This document shows positions 12,703 to 24,572 of a stretch of 64,000 bases of DNA, one piece after another. Source of the stretch: Octopus vulgaris. Lineage: Eukaryota. Position numbers and translations under genes: made by a program. The DNA lies in assembly GCA_951406725.2 (NCBI GenBank), contig OX597815.1:27714001-27778000 (forward strand), given 5' to 3'. Every line of letters begins with the position of its first letter. The first letter of the stretch is position 1. The notes beneath the pieces are model-generated. The model made no database searches, had not been told where the DNA came from, and worked only from the letters and a program-made list of their open reading frames with translations.

Positions 12703-14476
12703 TTCAAATAAGGGCCGCCACGTATGCAAAAAAATATTGCATATTTTCCCTTTGCAATGGGATTGAATAAACGGATCACAGGAGTGTAAGGAACATCAAT
12801 CTAATGATTATCCCTTTCAAAGGATCTTGCAATACGAAAATCCTAATTTGGCGCTAATGCGAACTGAGTGTGTGCGTGTCAGCTTGATTGTTGTAGATTT
12901 ACAATGTCCAGTGAAGTGCTTCGTCCACATAAGATTCCGACTAAACGGTTAGGAAAGCAAGACGCGGGATGTCATTGGAGATTGGCCTTTCCAAACGCTG
13001 CACAACAAAAGATATGGAAAATAAATAATAAGTAAGACCTCTTCAGAAACAGAAACGTTTGTGATTAAGAAGAATCATATTTTTCTTAGCTCATGTGATA
13101 TGAAAATTACATGGGAGTTTCGGGACTCAGAATTCTAGAGTTTTCTATTTCCAACAAATACGTTAATTTATAAAGAATGACAAAAGGTTAGGAGGGAAAT
13201 TTAAAACAATTTTTTTTTTCTAAGTTATAAATCTGTGCCATGTTCATTGGATTTTTTAAAAATAAATTACTTGAATATAATAAATGCTAGGATTTTATAA
13301 AATTGCTTTTCTACTTTGCAACTTCGCGGTAATTTTGTCGGATTGTTACCAAGTTGCCATTTAGGCACGAGTGGCTTATTTTATTAACTCTTTAATCTCA
13401 AGTTTGCTCTGATGGAGTTAACATACAAGCAAAGACGTTCCAGCCGTGACCACACCATCTTAGAGTGTAATCTAGGAAGATTTATTTGGCTGCTATTTTG
13501 AGCACGTCATGTAACCTGCTTTGACCTAAAAGTTAACTCTTGTTGGCTGTTTTATAAAATTTAGGGCAAATCTGCAAATTTAACTTCCTATGCAACTTGA
13601 CAGGCTCCGTTGCATATGCTTTTTTGCTTTCAAGAGCCGAAACGGAGTTGAAAGGCCGAGATCAGCTTTCAATCATTATTGTGATACTAATCACTTTGCG
13701 TAAAAACAGTTTATTAATAGCTGCAATAACAACATAGCGACAGACACACTCATAAAACTGGTTTGCTTGAGTTAATATAAGAGGGAACCTTCTACGTGGT
13801 CGCTCGCCATATCGTCTTTAAAAAAAGAGAGAGATTAATTAGATAAGTAGTCCAGTCCTAAGATACGCTGACTAAACACAAAAGACAAGATGGCTTAAGA
13901 CTGGAAAGATGGCTTAAGATCAGTAAACTAGTGGGGGCCAAAACTGATTCGGGAACCGAACATCATAGCTACCATACGTTTTACAACTGATAAAACAGTA
14001 CCAACGTTTTTGTTAAGACTAAAAGACCCGCGTATCACCACTGACAGACAATGAAGAATCAAGGACAAACGGCTGGGACAGCATTTCAACCGAAGTGGCG
14101 GTAGACGTGTCCAGACCAATGCTTAATTGTTCGCGAAAGATAGACTAATATGTATATTCTGTAAGGCTTATTCTTCTGTTTGTGTTAAACAATTTTAATA
14201 AAATAAAATGCATGTATATTGTTGTGATAGCATATATAGATAAATATACAGAAAGTAATTAGTTTTTTTTTATATTTTACTTTCGGTGTATAAGATTAGT
14301 TCTGCCTATAATTTCTAAATCTTACCATCATTAACCACACACACAAATGAGAAGTCCCATGCTTCATAAGAAATGAAAATGTTATATTATTAACATCGCC
14401 TTATTAGCATTTAAAAATTTATTTAAATTAATTATGGAGAATTTTCCAGTCTCCTTGAATGGTTTCTTTTTTCTTT

Positions 14477-14866
14477 CTATCTATCTATCTATCTATCTAG
14501 ATATATAGATAGATATATATATATATATAGATATATATATATAGCTAAATATATATAGATAAATATATATAGATATATATATAGCTAAATATATATAGAT
14601 GTATATAGCTAAACATATATAGATGTATATAGCTAAATATATATAGATGTATATAGCTAAATATATATAGATGTATATAGCTAAATATATATAGATAGAT
14701 ATAGCTAAATATATATAGATAGATATAGCTAAATATATATAGATATATATATATATAAATATATATAGATAGATATATATATAGATAAATATATATAGAT
14801 AGATATATATATAGATAAATATATAGATAGATATATATAGCTAAATATATATAGATAGATAGATAG
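14477..14866. repeat. AT-rich mini/microsatellite with a ~24-bp unit (TATAGCTAAATATATATAGATGTA)
   Basis: Directly visible, and mirrored by the YIFSYIHL repeat in the spurious ORF 14545-14874. Confidence 0.9.
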
Positions 14867-15399
14867 CGATTCACTGCAATATATGATCAACATAACTAAT
14901 GATAAGCATTAACATTTCGAAATTATTTTCAAATGGACAGCAAATGAAATCTAATACAAATAGAGATATATGTAATCAGCACAACTATATATATAATATA
15001 TATATATATATGTGTGCAGCGAGAGGGAAATCAATTTATTTCTCCTCAAGGAATCTAATCTAAAACGATAATAACAGAGGAAGTATTTATTTAACACGCT
15101 GAAAATTTTTTATTTTTTAGATAAAAATATTTTGCAGAATGGCGACATGTAGTAATATATTACAATAAAGAAAATATTGCACGGCGGCATTTTTTTGCCT
15201 TGCTCAATGGATATTTAAAGTACTGAGTAAATTTAATAGATATAAGCTAACATTTAACTGAAATATTCATCTTTTTATTTTTTTTTTTCACCAAGTAATT
15301 ACCTAAATTGTTTACGTAAAAGCAAATATGAATTTAAATAGGAATGGGCGTTTTAAGCAAAAACCTGCTTTCATGAATAATAATAATTAAAATTTATAA

Positions 15400-15804
15400 G
15401 ACGATCTTTCGTCTCTAGTAGACCTTTCCGTCGATTTCCGTAAAAAAAATTTTTTTTTTTTTACATATGGGCTTGCGGGAACTTTTGAAGTAATATACAT
15501 ACATATACACATACACCGAGTAAAAAATTTCAGTTATCTCTCTCTTTCACACATTACTCTGTCTGTCTCTTCACACACACTAACAGAAGCACTTCACTTA
15601 CACAACATACTGTCTGTCTCCCACACCCCATCAATGCTCCCATGCACGGTAACTTCAAAAGAACTTCCCTCGTCATACAATCGCTTTCTCTTAGTCTCTT
15701 TCGCTCTCATTACTTCAAAAGTTCCCGCAAGCCCATATGTAAAAAAAATTATATATTTTTTTACGGAAATCGACGGAAAGGTCTACTAGAGACGAAAGAT
15801 TGCC
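15400..15804. mobile_element. MITE with ~95-bp terminal inverted repeats
   Basis: atctttcgtctctagtagacctttccgtcgatttccgtaaaaaaa...gcttgcgggaacttttgaagtaat is mirrored at ~15709-15804. The TSD is unclear. Confidence 0.85.
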
Positions 15805-16073
15805 AATTAATTTTAATTTTTATAATATAGATGTGTGATTTTTGCTTAATATTTAAGAGAAAGTAATGAAAATAAGAGACGAAACCCATTCTTATTATAC
15901 ATTATATTCCGTTTAATATATTCCTATGCAGACATGTGACGGGGATCTGGCAAAGATGGCGAGGTCGAGGAAACGATATCCAAAGATCGCTTTTAAACCC
16001 CATTTATTTAATAATATCGTTTGTTGATCAAATGCAATATTTCCACATTATCAATTAACTGAACAGAACTCAC

Positions 16074-16130
16074 CTCCATAATATCACCGTTGTGCTTCGG
16101 TGCTTTCAAATCCGACATAGTAAGTGCCAT
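16074..16130 (-). CDS. Probable first coding exon of the orphan gene
   Basis: ATG...GAG|gtgagt, 57 nt, MALTMSDLKAPKHNGDIME, phase 0 and compatible with exon 3344-3296. Promoter motifs lie ~250-300 bp upstream. The link across the 12.7-kb intron is inferred. Confidence 0.55.
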
Positions 16131-16380
16131 AATGAAATGGAAAGTAATTCGGTATAAAGATGATAGGAATCCTTCGTGCTTGTAAAAAACACACACAAGG
16201 CTTTCTGAAAGCACCTTGTTTCTCTTCAGTATATTTATTTATCTATATAGATAGATAGTAAAGCAATCAATGATCTTTCAAATTCTCTGTAAACGTTTAA
16301 TTTATTGAATTATTTACAGGAAAAACGTTTAAGTACGACTAGAAATTCTCAGTATTTCGAAGTCGACTGACCAATGTTGG

Positions 16381-16434
16381 CTTCCGGCTGCACCTGCGTA
16401 TTAAAGAACCGGAAGACGGAAATTATGACGTCAT
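16381..16434 (-). promoter_or_regulatory. Candidate promoter of the orphan gene (ETS x2-3 plus CRE)
   Basis: CTTCCGG at 16381-87, CCGGAAG at 16409-15, and the perfect CRE palindrome ATGACGTCAT at 16425-34. A YY1-like AAGATGGCG sits at 15953-61 in intron 1. Confidence 0.55.
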
Positions 16435-16537
16435 ATTTTCCTGAAATTTATACTGTAGGACAATAGATATAAGCTAACTGATTTCTTTTTTTTTTTTTTT
16501 TTTTTATGCATGTGAAACGAATGTATATAGGCTTCTT

Positions 16538-16964
16538 GAATCTTTTCGGTTTGAACGACAGTTTTTTTTAAATAATATCCACGTAACTAAACTCTAAACT
16601 CTTTTAAACTTCGTATACTTATAGAATGTGTTTATAAAACACCTTTTTCTCTTGGCTTTATTGAGAAAATTCTATAGTTTGTAAGATATTTGTTGTTGTT
16701 TTTTTTTGCTTCAATTTCTGCAATTTCAACCAATCAATGACGTCTATTGAGGTGAAAACATTATGTGCCGTATGAATATGTCCCTCGTTTAAGAAACAGA
16801 TTGGGTTTATTTACATTTCTGAAGTAAAAAGATACCCTTCCCCCACCCTAACCCTAACCCCAAAATAGAATGAAATGCAATAGATCGATACTAGGGTCAT
16901 CATTATGGGTGACAATTTCATATGACACCGCTGGAAAAAACTGTCGTTCAAACCGAAAAGATCC
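16538..16964 (+). mobile_element. MITE (GGATCTTTTCGGTTTGAACG TIR), copy A
   Basis: ~25-bp TIRs and an internal CCCTAACCCTAACCC. Homologous to 21103-21527. Confidence 0.85.
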
Positions 16965-17440
16965 CATTACTGTTGTCTAGTGCAATGTTGCAACCAAGGG
17001 AGTGTATATACTTTTTTATTTTGTTTATTGATTACTTTTTTTATACAATTTTAAAATTAATTTGTAAACTGTCTTTTCTTACTGGTGATGGTAGTATTTT
17101 GTCTCTTAAGAATAAAATATGGAAGTGTGGCTAAAATAATAATGCAGAACTTTCATCCAATTATTAACATGTAAACGATGCTAAATGACATTGTGAATTC
17201 CAGACACTCATTGAAATACAGTTGGATGGGACTCATCTACAGGAAGAGTAACAACTGGTGAACGAAAAAATGTTTGACGGGATCCCAAAAGACGGTAAAA
17301 GAAAGAAGGGACAATAACGAACGAGATGGGGTGAAATGGATTAGGTAAATTTAACAAATATTGAACAGCGGGGTACCGAAATTTATGGAGAGATCAGAGA
17401 AAGGTCTTTACTCAGTACTGAGAGAGCAATAGCTAAACTA

Positions 17441-17961
17441 CTGTAAATCCTCGAGTATAATCCGCATTTCCCCCCCAGAATTTAAAGGTCAAAATCCCTA
17501 GTGCGTACTATATGTGAGGTTAAAAATGAAAAATATTTTCTATGCAATGTCCTAGTCTCTATTTGCTGTCCGGCAATGTTTATTCAGATGCAGTTTGTGA
17601 TGTCGGGCGCGAAAATACCTTAAGCTAAGCCTGAAAACAATGAAGTCATAAAAGAATCATCCATAACTTGCAGTAAGCAACATTTATTAAACGTTATTAC
17701 TATTATTACTGTTATTTCTTTATTTTCTGCAAACAAAATGCACAAAAAAGCTACACGTTTGCATTATGTTATATATACAATAATAATAAAGGACGTTACC
17801 GTATACATTTTTAGAAACCAAGGACGTTATATAGATCTCCTTGACTCAAGTTAGAGAAGGGGTGCGTATTATACACAAGGTTTAGGTTTTTCAGAGGTAC
17901 AGCCCCCTAAAAATCCCTTGCGTATTATACTCAAGGGCGGACTATACTCGAGGATTTACGG
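17441..17961. mobile_element. pogo/Tigger-type MITE
   Basis: TA|CTGTAAATCCTCGAGTATAATCCGC ... GCGGACTATACTCGAGGATTTACGG|TA, giving a TA TSD, with repeated subterminal GCGTATTATAC motifs. Confidence 0.85.
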
Positions 17962-18149
17962 TAGTTAATTGATTGTGTGACTGACTGACTAACTGAAACG
18001 CAAGCATCAAAATTATAAATCTTTTCACAAAATTCCACTTTTTTATTTTTTGCTTCAAATTAACAATTTATCATATCGAGACCAGAGTGCCGCCAGTGCT
18101 GTCTTCTTTTGTTATTTTTGTTGCTGATCGATTGAATAATAAAGGCCAC

Positions 18150-18800
18150 CACAGCTGACAGGAGCACAAGAATTCAATAGACAAAATCACTGTGGATCCG
18201 ATTACGCAGATGACCTTGTGCTAAGTCTTAGTTTGCTCCAGATGCAGGAGAAGACAACCGTTCTCCATGAAATATCTATGTAAGTTGGCCTCAACATTTG
18301 CAAAGACTAAAGTTATGAGGTTTATTATTACCACAGAACAGTCAGTATATATTAAGGAAACAAGCTTTGCATATCTGGGTAGCACCATCGACCTAACAAA
18401 TGAAACTGACGTTAACAAGAAAATGGGATTGGCAAAGTGTTCCTGCTGAATTATATCTGGTAATCAATCTAGTCTCATCCTCAGGAACGCTAAGATCTAT
18501 ATATGGAGTCCTATTGATTTGGGTCGAGGCGTGAAAGTAAACGAAAGCCATTCTAAAGAATTCCACATTCATCAGCCATTGCTTCAGGAGTATATTGAAA
18601 ATCCATTGGCTGTGGGGAATCAGTAGCGTAGCTTTGTGGAAGCAGACCACCGTTCACACAGATTAAGAAGACCATGACGTAACAACGTGAAGCAATCTTG
18701 GTGGAACCTAGGACAAATTATAGAAGAAAGCTCAAGACTGAAATACGTGAAAGGAAATTGTCAGTGGCTTATACCCCTGGTGGACCTGAGTGAAAGCGTT
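18150..18800 (+). mobile_element. Highly degenerate RTE-like LINE RT fragment
   Basis: Remnant ..gattacgcagatgacctt.. (DYADDL) and FAYLGS motifs, with many disruptions. Confidence 0.55.
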
Positions 18801-18812
18801 GGATAATATATC

Positions 18813-19068
18813 TGGCCCCCGTGCCGGTGGCACGTAAAAGCACCATCCGTTCGTGGCCGTTTGCCAGCTCTGTCTGGCACCTGTGCGGGTGGCACATAAA
18901 AAGCACCCACTACACTCACGGAGTGGTTGGCGTTAGGAAGGGCATCCAGCCGTAGAAACACTGCCAGATCTGACTGGGCCTGATGAAGCCTTCCGGCTTC
19001 ACAGACCCCAGTTGAACCGTCCAGCCCATGCTAGCATGGAAAACGGACGCTAAATGATGATGATGATG
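18813..19068 (+). mobile_element. SINE-like repeat with (GAT)n tail
   Basis: gtgccggtggcacgtaaaagcacc...ggcgttaggaagggcatccagc...catgctagcatggaaa...gatgatgat. The family recurs many times in the window. Confidence 0.8.
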
Positions 19069-19619
19069 AAAGTGGCTTCGCATTAGCTAACATTAACAAC
19101 TAAAAGTTAAGAACATTTTAAAGTTGAAGTTAGAAGTAATTCAAACAACGCTGTAAGTTACTCGCCTATATTTAATTCTAGCACTGCATAGCAACGTTTA
19201 TTATTGGAATAATAATACACTGGATCTACAGCTTTTGTGGTATCTTGAAATAGACGCAGACCAAGTAATTTTGGAGAGGTCTAGATGATGATTGTCTGAT
19301 CATATCTTATCATCACTACTGTGCAGAAGGTTTGGAAGAAATGAAGGTTGATATCAGCCGCGTAGGTATGGGCGTTGTTAGATATGATGATATGTAAGTT
19401 ATTGATTAAAAAGAAAGTGTGGGAAGCAAAACAAAACTATGAGGTACATTACAGTTAACAGAGAATGGTTTAGAGACAACTCCATCAGCATACATCACAA
19501 AAGAGTGATTTAGCTGCTGCCGACCCAATAGGCAGGAGACATAGAGAGTCCATTGACGGTTATTTTGACAAAAGACTCGCACATTTAGTACTGTAAAAAA
19601 AAAAGATCTGATCACCAAA

Positions 19620-20070
19620 TCTAAGTAGAGACTTTAAAGCCACAGTCGAACCAATTCTACTATATGGCTCAGAAACCTGGACGTTATCAAAGAAGCTTGA
19701 GAGGCGGTTGGATGGAACCTACACTCACCTCCTTATGAGAGCTCAAAATCTCTCGTGGAAGCGTCATCCAACCAAAATGCAAATATATGGGAAACTACCA
19801 CCTGTGTCATCTCTTCTGAGAGGTAGGAGAGTCCAGTTTGCTGGACATTGTTGTAGAGCTGAAAACGAGGCAATTTCTACTCTTCTCCTCTGGAAGCCAT
19901 CTACTCGCAACACCAGAGGGCGCACACTCTCCTACCCTGATGTAATCTCCAGGGATACAGGTATCTAGCAACAGGACCTCTGTAATGCTATGATGGACCG
20001 TTGAAGTCTGGCGTAGCATGGTAAATTCCATTGTCTCGACCACGGTCGAACAATGATGATGATGATGATG
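19620..20070 (+). mobile_element. RTE-clade LINE 3' end
   Basis: ATVEPILLYGSETWTLSKKLERRLDGTYTHLLMRAQNLSW...FAGHC, ending in a (GAT)n tail. Confidence 0.8.
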
Positions 20071-20438
20071 AAAAAAAACTTTTATGGTGTTACTTAAGCG
20101 TGAGGTCTGTTGCAGTATCTATAGTCAACGCTTTGAAATGACTTGATCTGATTTAGGATTAGGTTTACAGTTAAAATTTAGAGTTAAAGTGTAAATGGCC
20201 AGATAGACCGCATGCTAAAATGACACCGCTTTGATGATATTAAGGGTATCATCAATGATTTTACGGAATTTCTAGAGGGTGAGACTGTACTTGTGAGTGA
20301 CATAGGAGAGGAGACATCCAGTAGCTTTGATTTTCCTTAAAGGAAGGAGAGACTCAAAGAGTTAGAGAAATTTGTTCGTAATAGATATCGTCATCATCTC
20401 TGAAATATTGGAAGTAAGAGCAACAGAACAGTCAGAGG

Positions 20439-20628
20439 CAGTGCCGGATTTACTATTCTGCTTAGGTGTGCTTAAGCACAGGGCCTCGTTTCACCAGGGG
20501 CGGGGGTATCTTCCTATCTAAAAAATGTTTTTACGATGAATTTCTTGAACATGCATGCCTGACTGCCCACGTAAGGAGCCACATAACTTAACTAGCACAA
20601 GGCCTCATTTGTCCTAAATCTGGCACTG
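20439..20628. mobile_element. hAT-type MITE
   Basis: TIR CAGTGCCGGATTTA / TAAATCTGGCACTG with a perfect 8-bp TSD GTCAGAGG on both sides. Confidence 0.9.
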
Positions 20629-21102
20629 GTCAGAGGATTGCTCATCTTGGAAATAGGACACACTGTAGCAATCTTCAAAGATTAGGATATATTCAGATAG
20701 AGAGAGGGGGGAATTCTGGAATGTATTGTCTGAGAGTAATGTGAGAAACATTGTTAAGCTCAATAATGGTTTTCTTTAAGGGGATGGTCAATCTGAAATC
20801 ATTCAAGGCTTTTGAGAAGCTTTCTATAAGATCAGAGCTGTGTCGTTTGCATTTTACGATATATCAGAGGAGATAGGATTCATTCAAAATTCCATATTTT
20901 CTATGGCAGAAGATAATGGACAGGAGCATCCGAACAATAATAACAAGCAGTTTAAGTGGGGTGTTATTGCTAGCTTGTAATCTTTTTGACTCCGAAATAG
21001 AACTTCTCGCCATCAACTTATTCATTATTTGTCTATACTAGATGTATCGGAATTTGTTCAATGACTTCCAGTCATTGCTAACAACCACCCAAAAAAAGCA
21101 GT

Positions 21103-21527
21103 GGATCTTTTCGCTTTGAATGGCAGTTTTTTTCTAGCTAGCGGTGTCATATGAAATTGTCACCCATAATTATGATCCTAGTATCGATCTATTGCATTTC
21201 AATCTGTTTTAGGGTTAGGGTTAGGGGTGGGGGGAAGGGTATCTTTTTTCCTTCACAAATGTAAATAAACCTAATCTGTTTCTTAAACGAGGGACATATT
21301 CATACGGCACAGAATGTTTTTTTTTACCTCAATAGACGTCACTGATTGGTTGAAATTGCAGAAATTGAAAAAAAAAAACAACAGATATCTTACAAACTAT
21401 AGAATTTTCTCAATAAAGCCAAGAGAAAAAGATGTTTTATAAACACATTCTACCAGTATACTAAGTTAAAAATTTTTTAGTTACCTAGAAATTATGTTAA
21501 AAAGTGCCGTTCAAACGGAAAAGATCC
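21103..21527 (-). mobile_element. MITE copy B, inverted relative to copy A (MULE-like)
   Basis: GGATCTTTT...AAAAGATCC. The flanks aaaaaagcagt / aaaacagcagt look like an ~11-bp TSD. Internal (TTAGGG)3 at 21209-21226. Confidence 0.85.
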
Positions 21528-21974
21528 AAAACAGCAGTCACAAAAATAATATATCTGAAGCGTTTTGAATGCCTGTAATCTATCATACATCTGCTTAATC
21601 AGGACTGACCTAGCAATATACAATAGCAAGCGAGCAAACTGAAAATATAAATGATATCGTATTTTCGCTTTGCTTCCCTCATGAAAAGACTTTATCTTCT
21701 CGAAATTAATTTTTTAAAAAAACCCCACTTTTCCCCAAGAAATAGATTTTAATATAGACACAAAAAACTCAAATTTGGGAATTGGTTATGGTTGATAATA
21801 TAGATTCCTGTATTTATTAAATTGTATTGATTTTACTGACACTGAAAGAATAAAAAGGTAGAATCTGAACTGAGAAAGCAACTAAATACTTCAAAACGAA
21901 TTTCGTCCGCCACCCTTCTGATTTTGCTAATCTCCCGCCTTTTCCACAGAAATGTTGTAACCATAGAAAAAAGC

Positions 21975-22415
21975 TGATGACGGAAGTCAGTAAAATGTAC
22001 GAATGGTCGAGCAGAAACATTTACTGCATAAGTACGGCTAAAAGTTCAAATATTTTTGAAAGACAGTTGCAAATAACTAGTGTATTGCAACATCACTTTA
22101 CATTTTAAGAATTAAATATTATAATTTCGTTAATTAATTTAGTTTATTAAAGTTACTTAATTCTTTATATTACTTATCACCACGTAAGCGGTAGCTTAAC
22201 AGGAAGTATTATTTTGCAAGGTCCGCGACGAATAAGGAGAAAAATTAATTTAAGGTTTTCATCGTTAACTATTATTTTAAGCCATATAAAATGTAGAATA
22301 AAATTTTAATAAAATATATGTTTTAAAAAAATCAAGAAATGAGAACTAAATTTAATAACTTGTCAAGCCTTCATTACGAGTCAACAATATTCTTCACATC
22401 CGGCGCACGTGTGTT
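21975..22415 (+). promoter_or_regulatory. NHP2 promoter region with ETS site and E-box
   Basis: CGGAAGT at ~21982 and CACGTG at 22406-22411, 80 bp upstream of the ATG. The region retains CpG. Confidence 0.5.
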
Positions 22416-22490
22416 TGCTTTTGTACATTTCCCAAATTATCATTCCATTTAATTATATCAATTATAATTCGAAGGCCCCGAACTTAAATC

Positions 22491-22608
22491 ATGGAAGATG
22501 ATGATAAAACCAGTTTGTGGATTAAGAAAATTAGCTATGTTTCACCGATTGCTCGACCACTAGCCTCAAGAAAATTAACGAAAAGAATAAACAAGGTTGT
22601 TAAAAAAG
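22491..22608 (+). CDS. NHP2: H/ACA ribonucleoprotein complex subunit 2, exon 1
   Basis: MEDDDKTSLWIKKISYVSPIARPLASRKLTKRINKVVKK(A), then G|gtaaat. In-frame TAA just upstream of the ATG. The PIAxPLAS motif is typical of NHP2. Confidence 0.95.
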
Positions 22609-22769
22609 GTAAATGTATAATAATCTGTTATTAAATTTTTGAAAACGTCTGAACTGCTATCTCCTCAAAAGCATACAAGCATTTTATTAACTTTAGTTTT
22701 TTGTCGACATAAAACTATCTTGGATCTAAATGTTTTACTATTTTCTCACTACAAGGTTATCTTATAACA

Positions 22770-23083
22770 GGTACTACTAGCGAACAGTGGTCCCGGTGCG
22801 CGCACTCGCACTAGCTAGTCGTAAGTAGTCGATCCTACAATGACTTGCGCGTATGTTTGTATTTCAAGGCTGAATACATATCAAAGAAAATTAAATAATA
22901 TTTTTCGAACAAAGTAAATCATTTTTTAAACTAAGTAAATAAATTATTATTTGGCGGATTGCCTATTTTTATAAACAAACTAAGGTTAGGGTTGGGGTTA
23001 AAGAATTATGGTTAAAAAGTCGTTGTAGGATCGACTAGCTAGCGCGTGTGCGCGCACCGGGACCACTGTTCGCTAGTAGTACC
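22770..23083. mobile_element. Merlin-like MITE in NHP2 intron 1
   Basis: TIR GGTACTACTAGCGAACAGTGGTCCCGGTGCGCGCAC mirrored at the 3' end, with an 8-bp TSD TTATAACA. GG termini plus an 8-bp TSD fit the Merlin superfamily. Confidence 0.85.
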
Positions 23084-24225
23084 TTATAACATAATGATAC
23101 ACCAACCATCAGAAGAATGTTATATTCCTAACCTATTAAAACCATGTGTTCATTTGTTAATCTTTCGGTCTTTTCGGGGCTGTTGGGGAAATGGGCTTCT
23201 TTCCCCACTCCCCCCAGAAAAAAAAATTTTTCCCCACAAATTTCTTTATAATCGAAATCTATACCGTTTGAAATGTTGGTAAAGAATACACACACCCGGT
23301 TGTTTGGGTTAGGGTTACGCCGAAAACAGGTGGTGTGCGGATTCACCTTCCCCAAATATCATCAAAAGATATTCATTTTCCTAGAAGTTATGAGGGTAAA
23401 AATCGGATCTTGTGAATTTTCCGAAAGTCCTCTTCCCACCCCTCGGTTCTTGGCGCAGATTTTGTTTTCATATTCGTTTAGTACAACCGTTGTACTATTT
23501 TTTGAAATTTCGTTTCCTGGTAATATAGTAAACATTAACACACATTTTTTTTACACCTGTTACACTTGTTTTTGCTTTGATAACCAGGTGTTAAAGTAAA
23601 CATTGACCCCAAGTTCTGGAACTCAACTCCCTTCATTTTTCCCTCAGTACAGTTAATTCAAATAGGATTAACGGCGGAGGTAAAGGACATGGACCGCACC
23701 CACTTTCGGTTTCGACTGCAGAGATTCCGAATCTGGAAAAAAAAAAAAAAAGTCGGCATTTCAAAATTTTAAAGACTTCCACCCCCACCCCATTTTCTCG
23801 CAAATTTTTTTTTTGTCAAAAACCCACGTTTTCGGACACTGAGATTTCGGAACATTGCCAAAAATCGGCCATTTGAAATATCTGCCTCTCCTCCCCCATT
23901 CTCCCCAATTTCTTCATTTTTCATTTTTTTTTCCCCTAACCATAAGATTTTGAAAACTCCAAAAACACGTTTTCAAAATTTTAATTTTCCCCCTCTCCAC
24001 CCCTTTGGCAGTCATAAGAGTGGGTTTCTGTAGAAAAAAAAACCCCAAAGCAGGTGTTGTCCATGTCCTTTGCCTCCACCAGATTAGCTGCTTTTTTATA
24101 TCAGAAACCAAGATATTCGGCCTCAACAAGGTCAGTTTCCATCACACAATCACATGCTGTTGACTGTAAATCATTGGAACTGTTCTTAGGTCTTTGTTTC
24201 GGCCCGTTTTCTTGCACTAGCTCCT

Positions 24226-24572
24226 TATTTCTTTATTGCCCACAAGGGGACCCCAGTGCGTAACTGGTACTTAATTTATTGACCCCGAAAGAATGAAAGT
24301 AAATTCGACCTCGGCGGAATTTGGACTCTGAACATAACGGCAGACGAAATACCTATCTCTTTACTACCCACAAGGGGCTAAACACAGAGAGGACAAACGG
24401 ATTAAGTCGATTGCATCGACCCCAGTGCGTAACTGGTACTTAATTTATCGACCCTGAAAGGATGAACGGCAAAGTCGACCTCGGCGGAATTTAAACTCAG
24501 AACGTAGCGGCAGACGAAATACCGCTGAGCATTTCGCCTGGCGTGCTAACGTTTCTGCCAACTCGCCACCTT
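24226..24572 (-). mobile_element. tRNA-derived SINE with internal partial duplication
   Basis: Reverse complement of the aggcggcgagctggcag family. The core cccagtgcgtaactggtacttaattt occurs twice. Confidence 0.8.

Noticed and set aside
14477-14866. Regular repeat array as a possible CRISPR
   Set aside because: No unique spacers and no cas genes. It is a eukaryotic low-complexity minisatellite.
14545-14874. YIYL-repeat ORF, and similar ORFs at 43.5-44.6 kb and 52-53.6 kb
   Set aside because: These are translations of (TA)n/(CA)n satellites.
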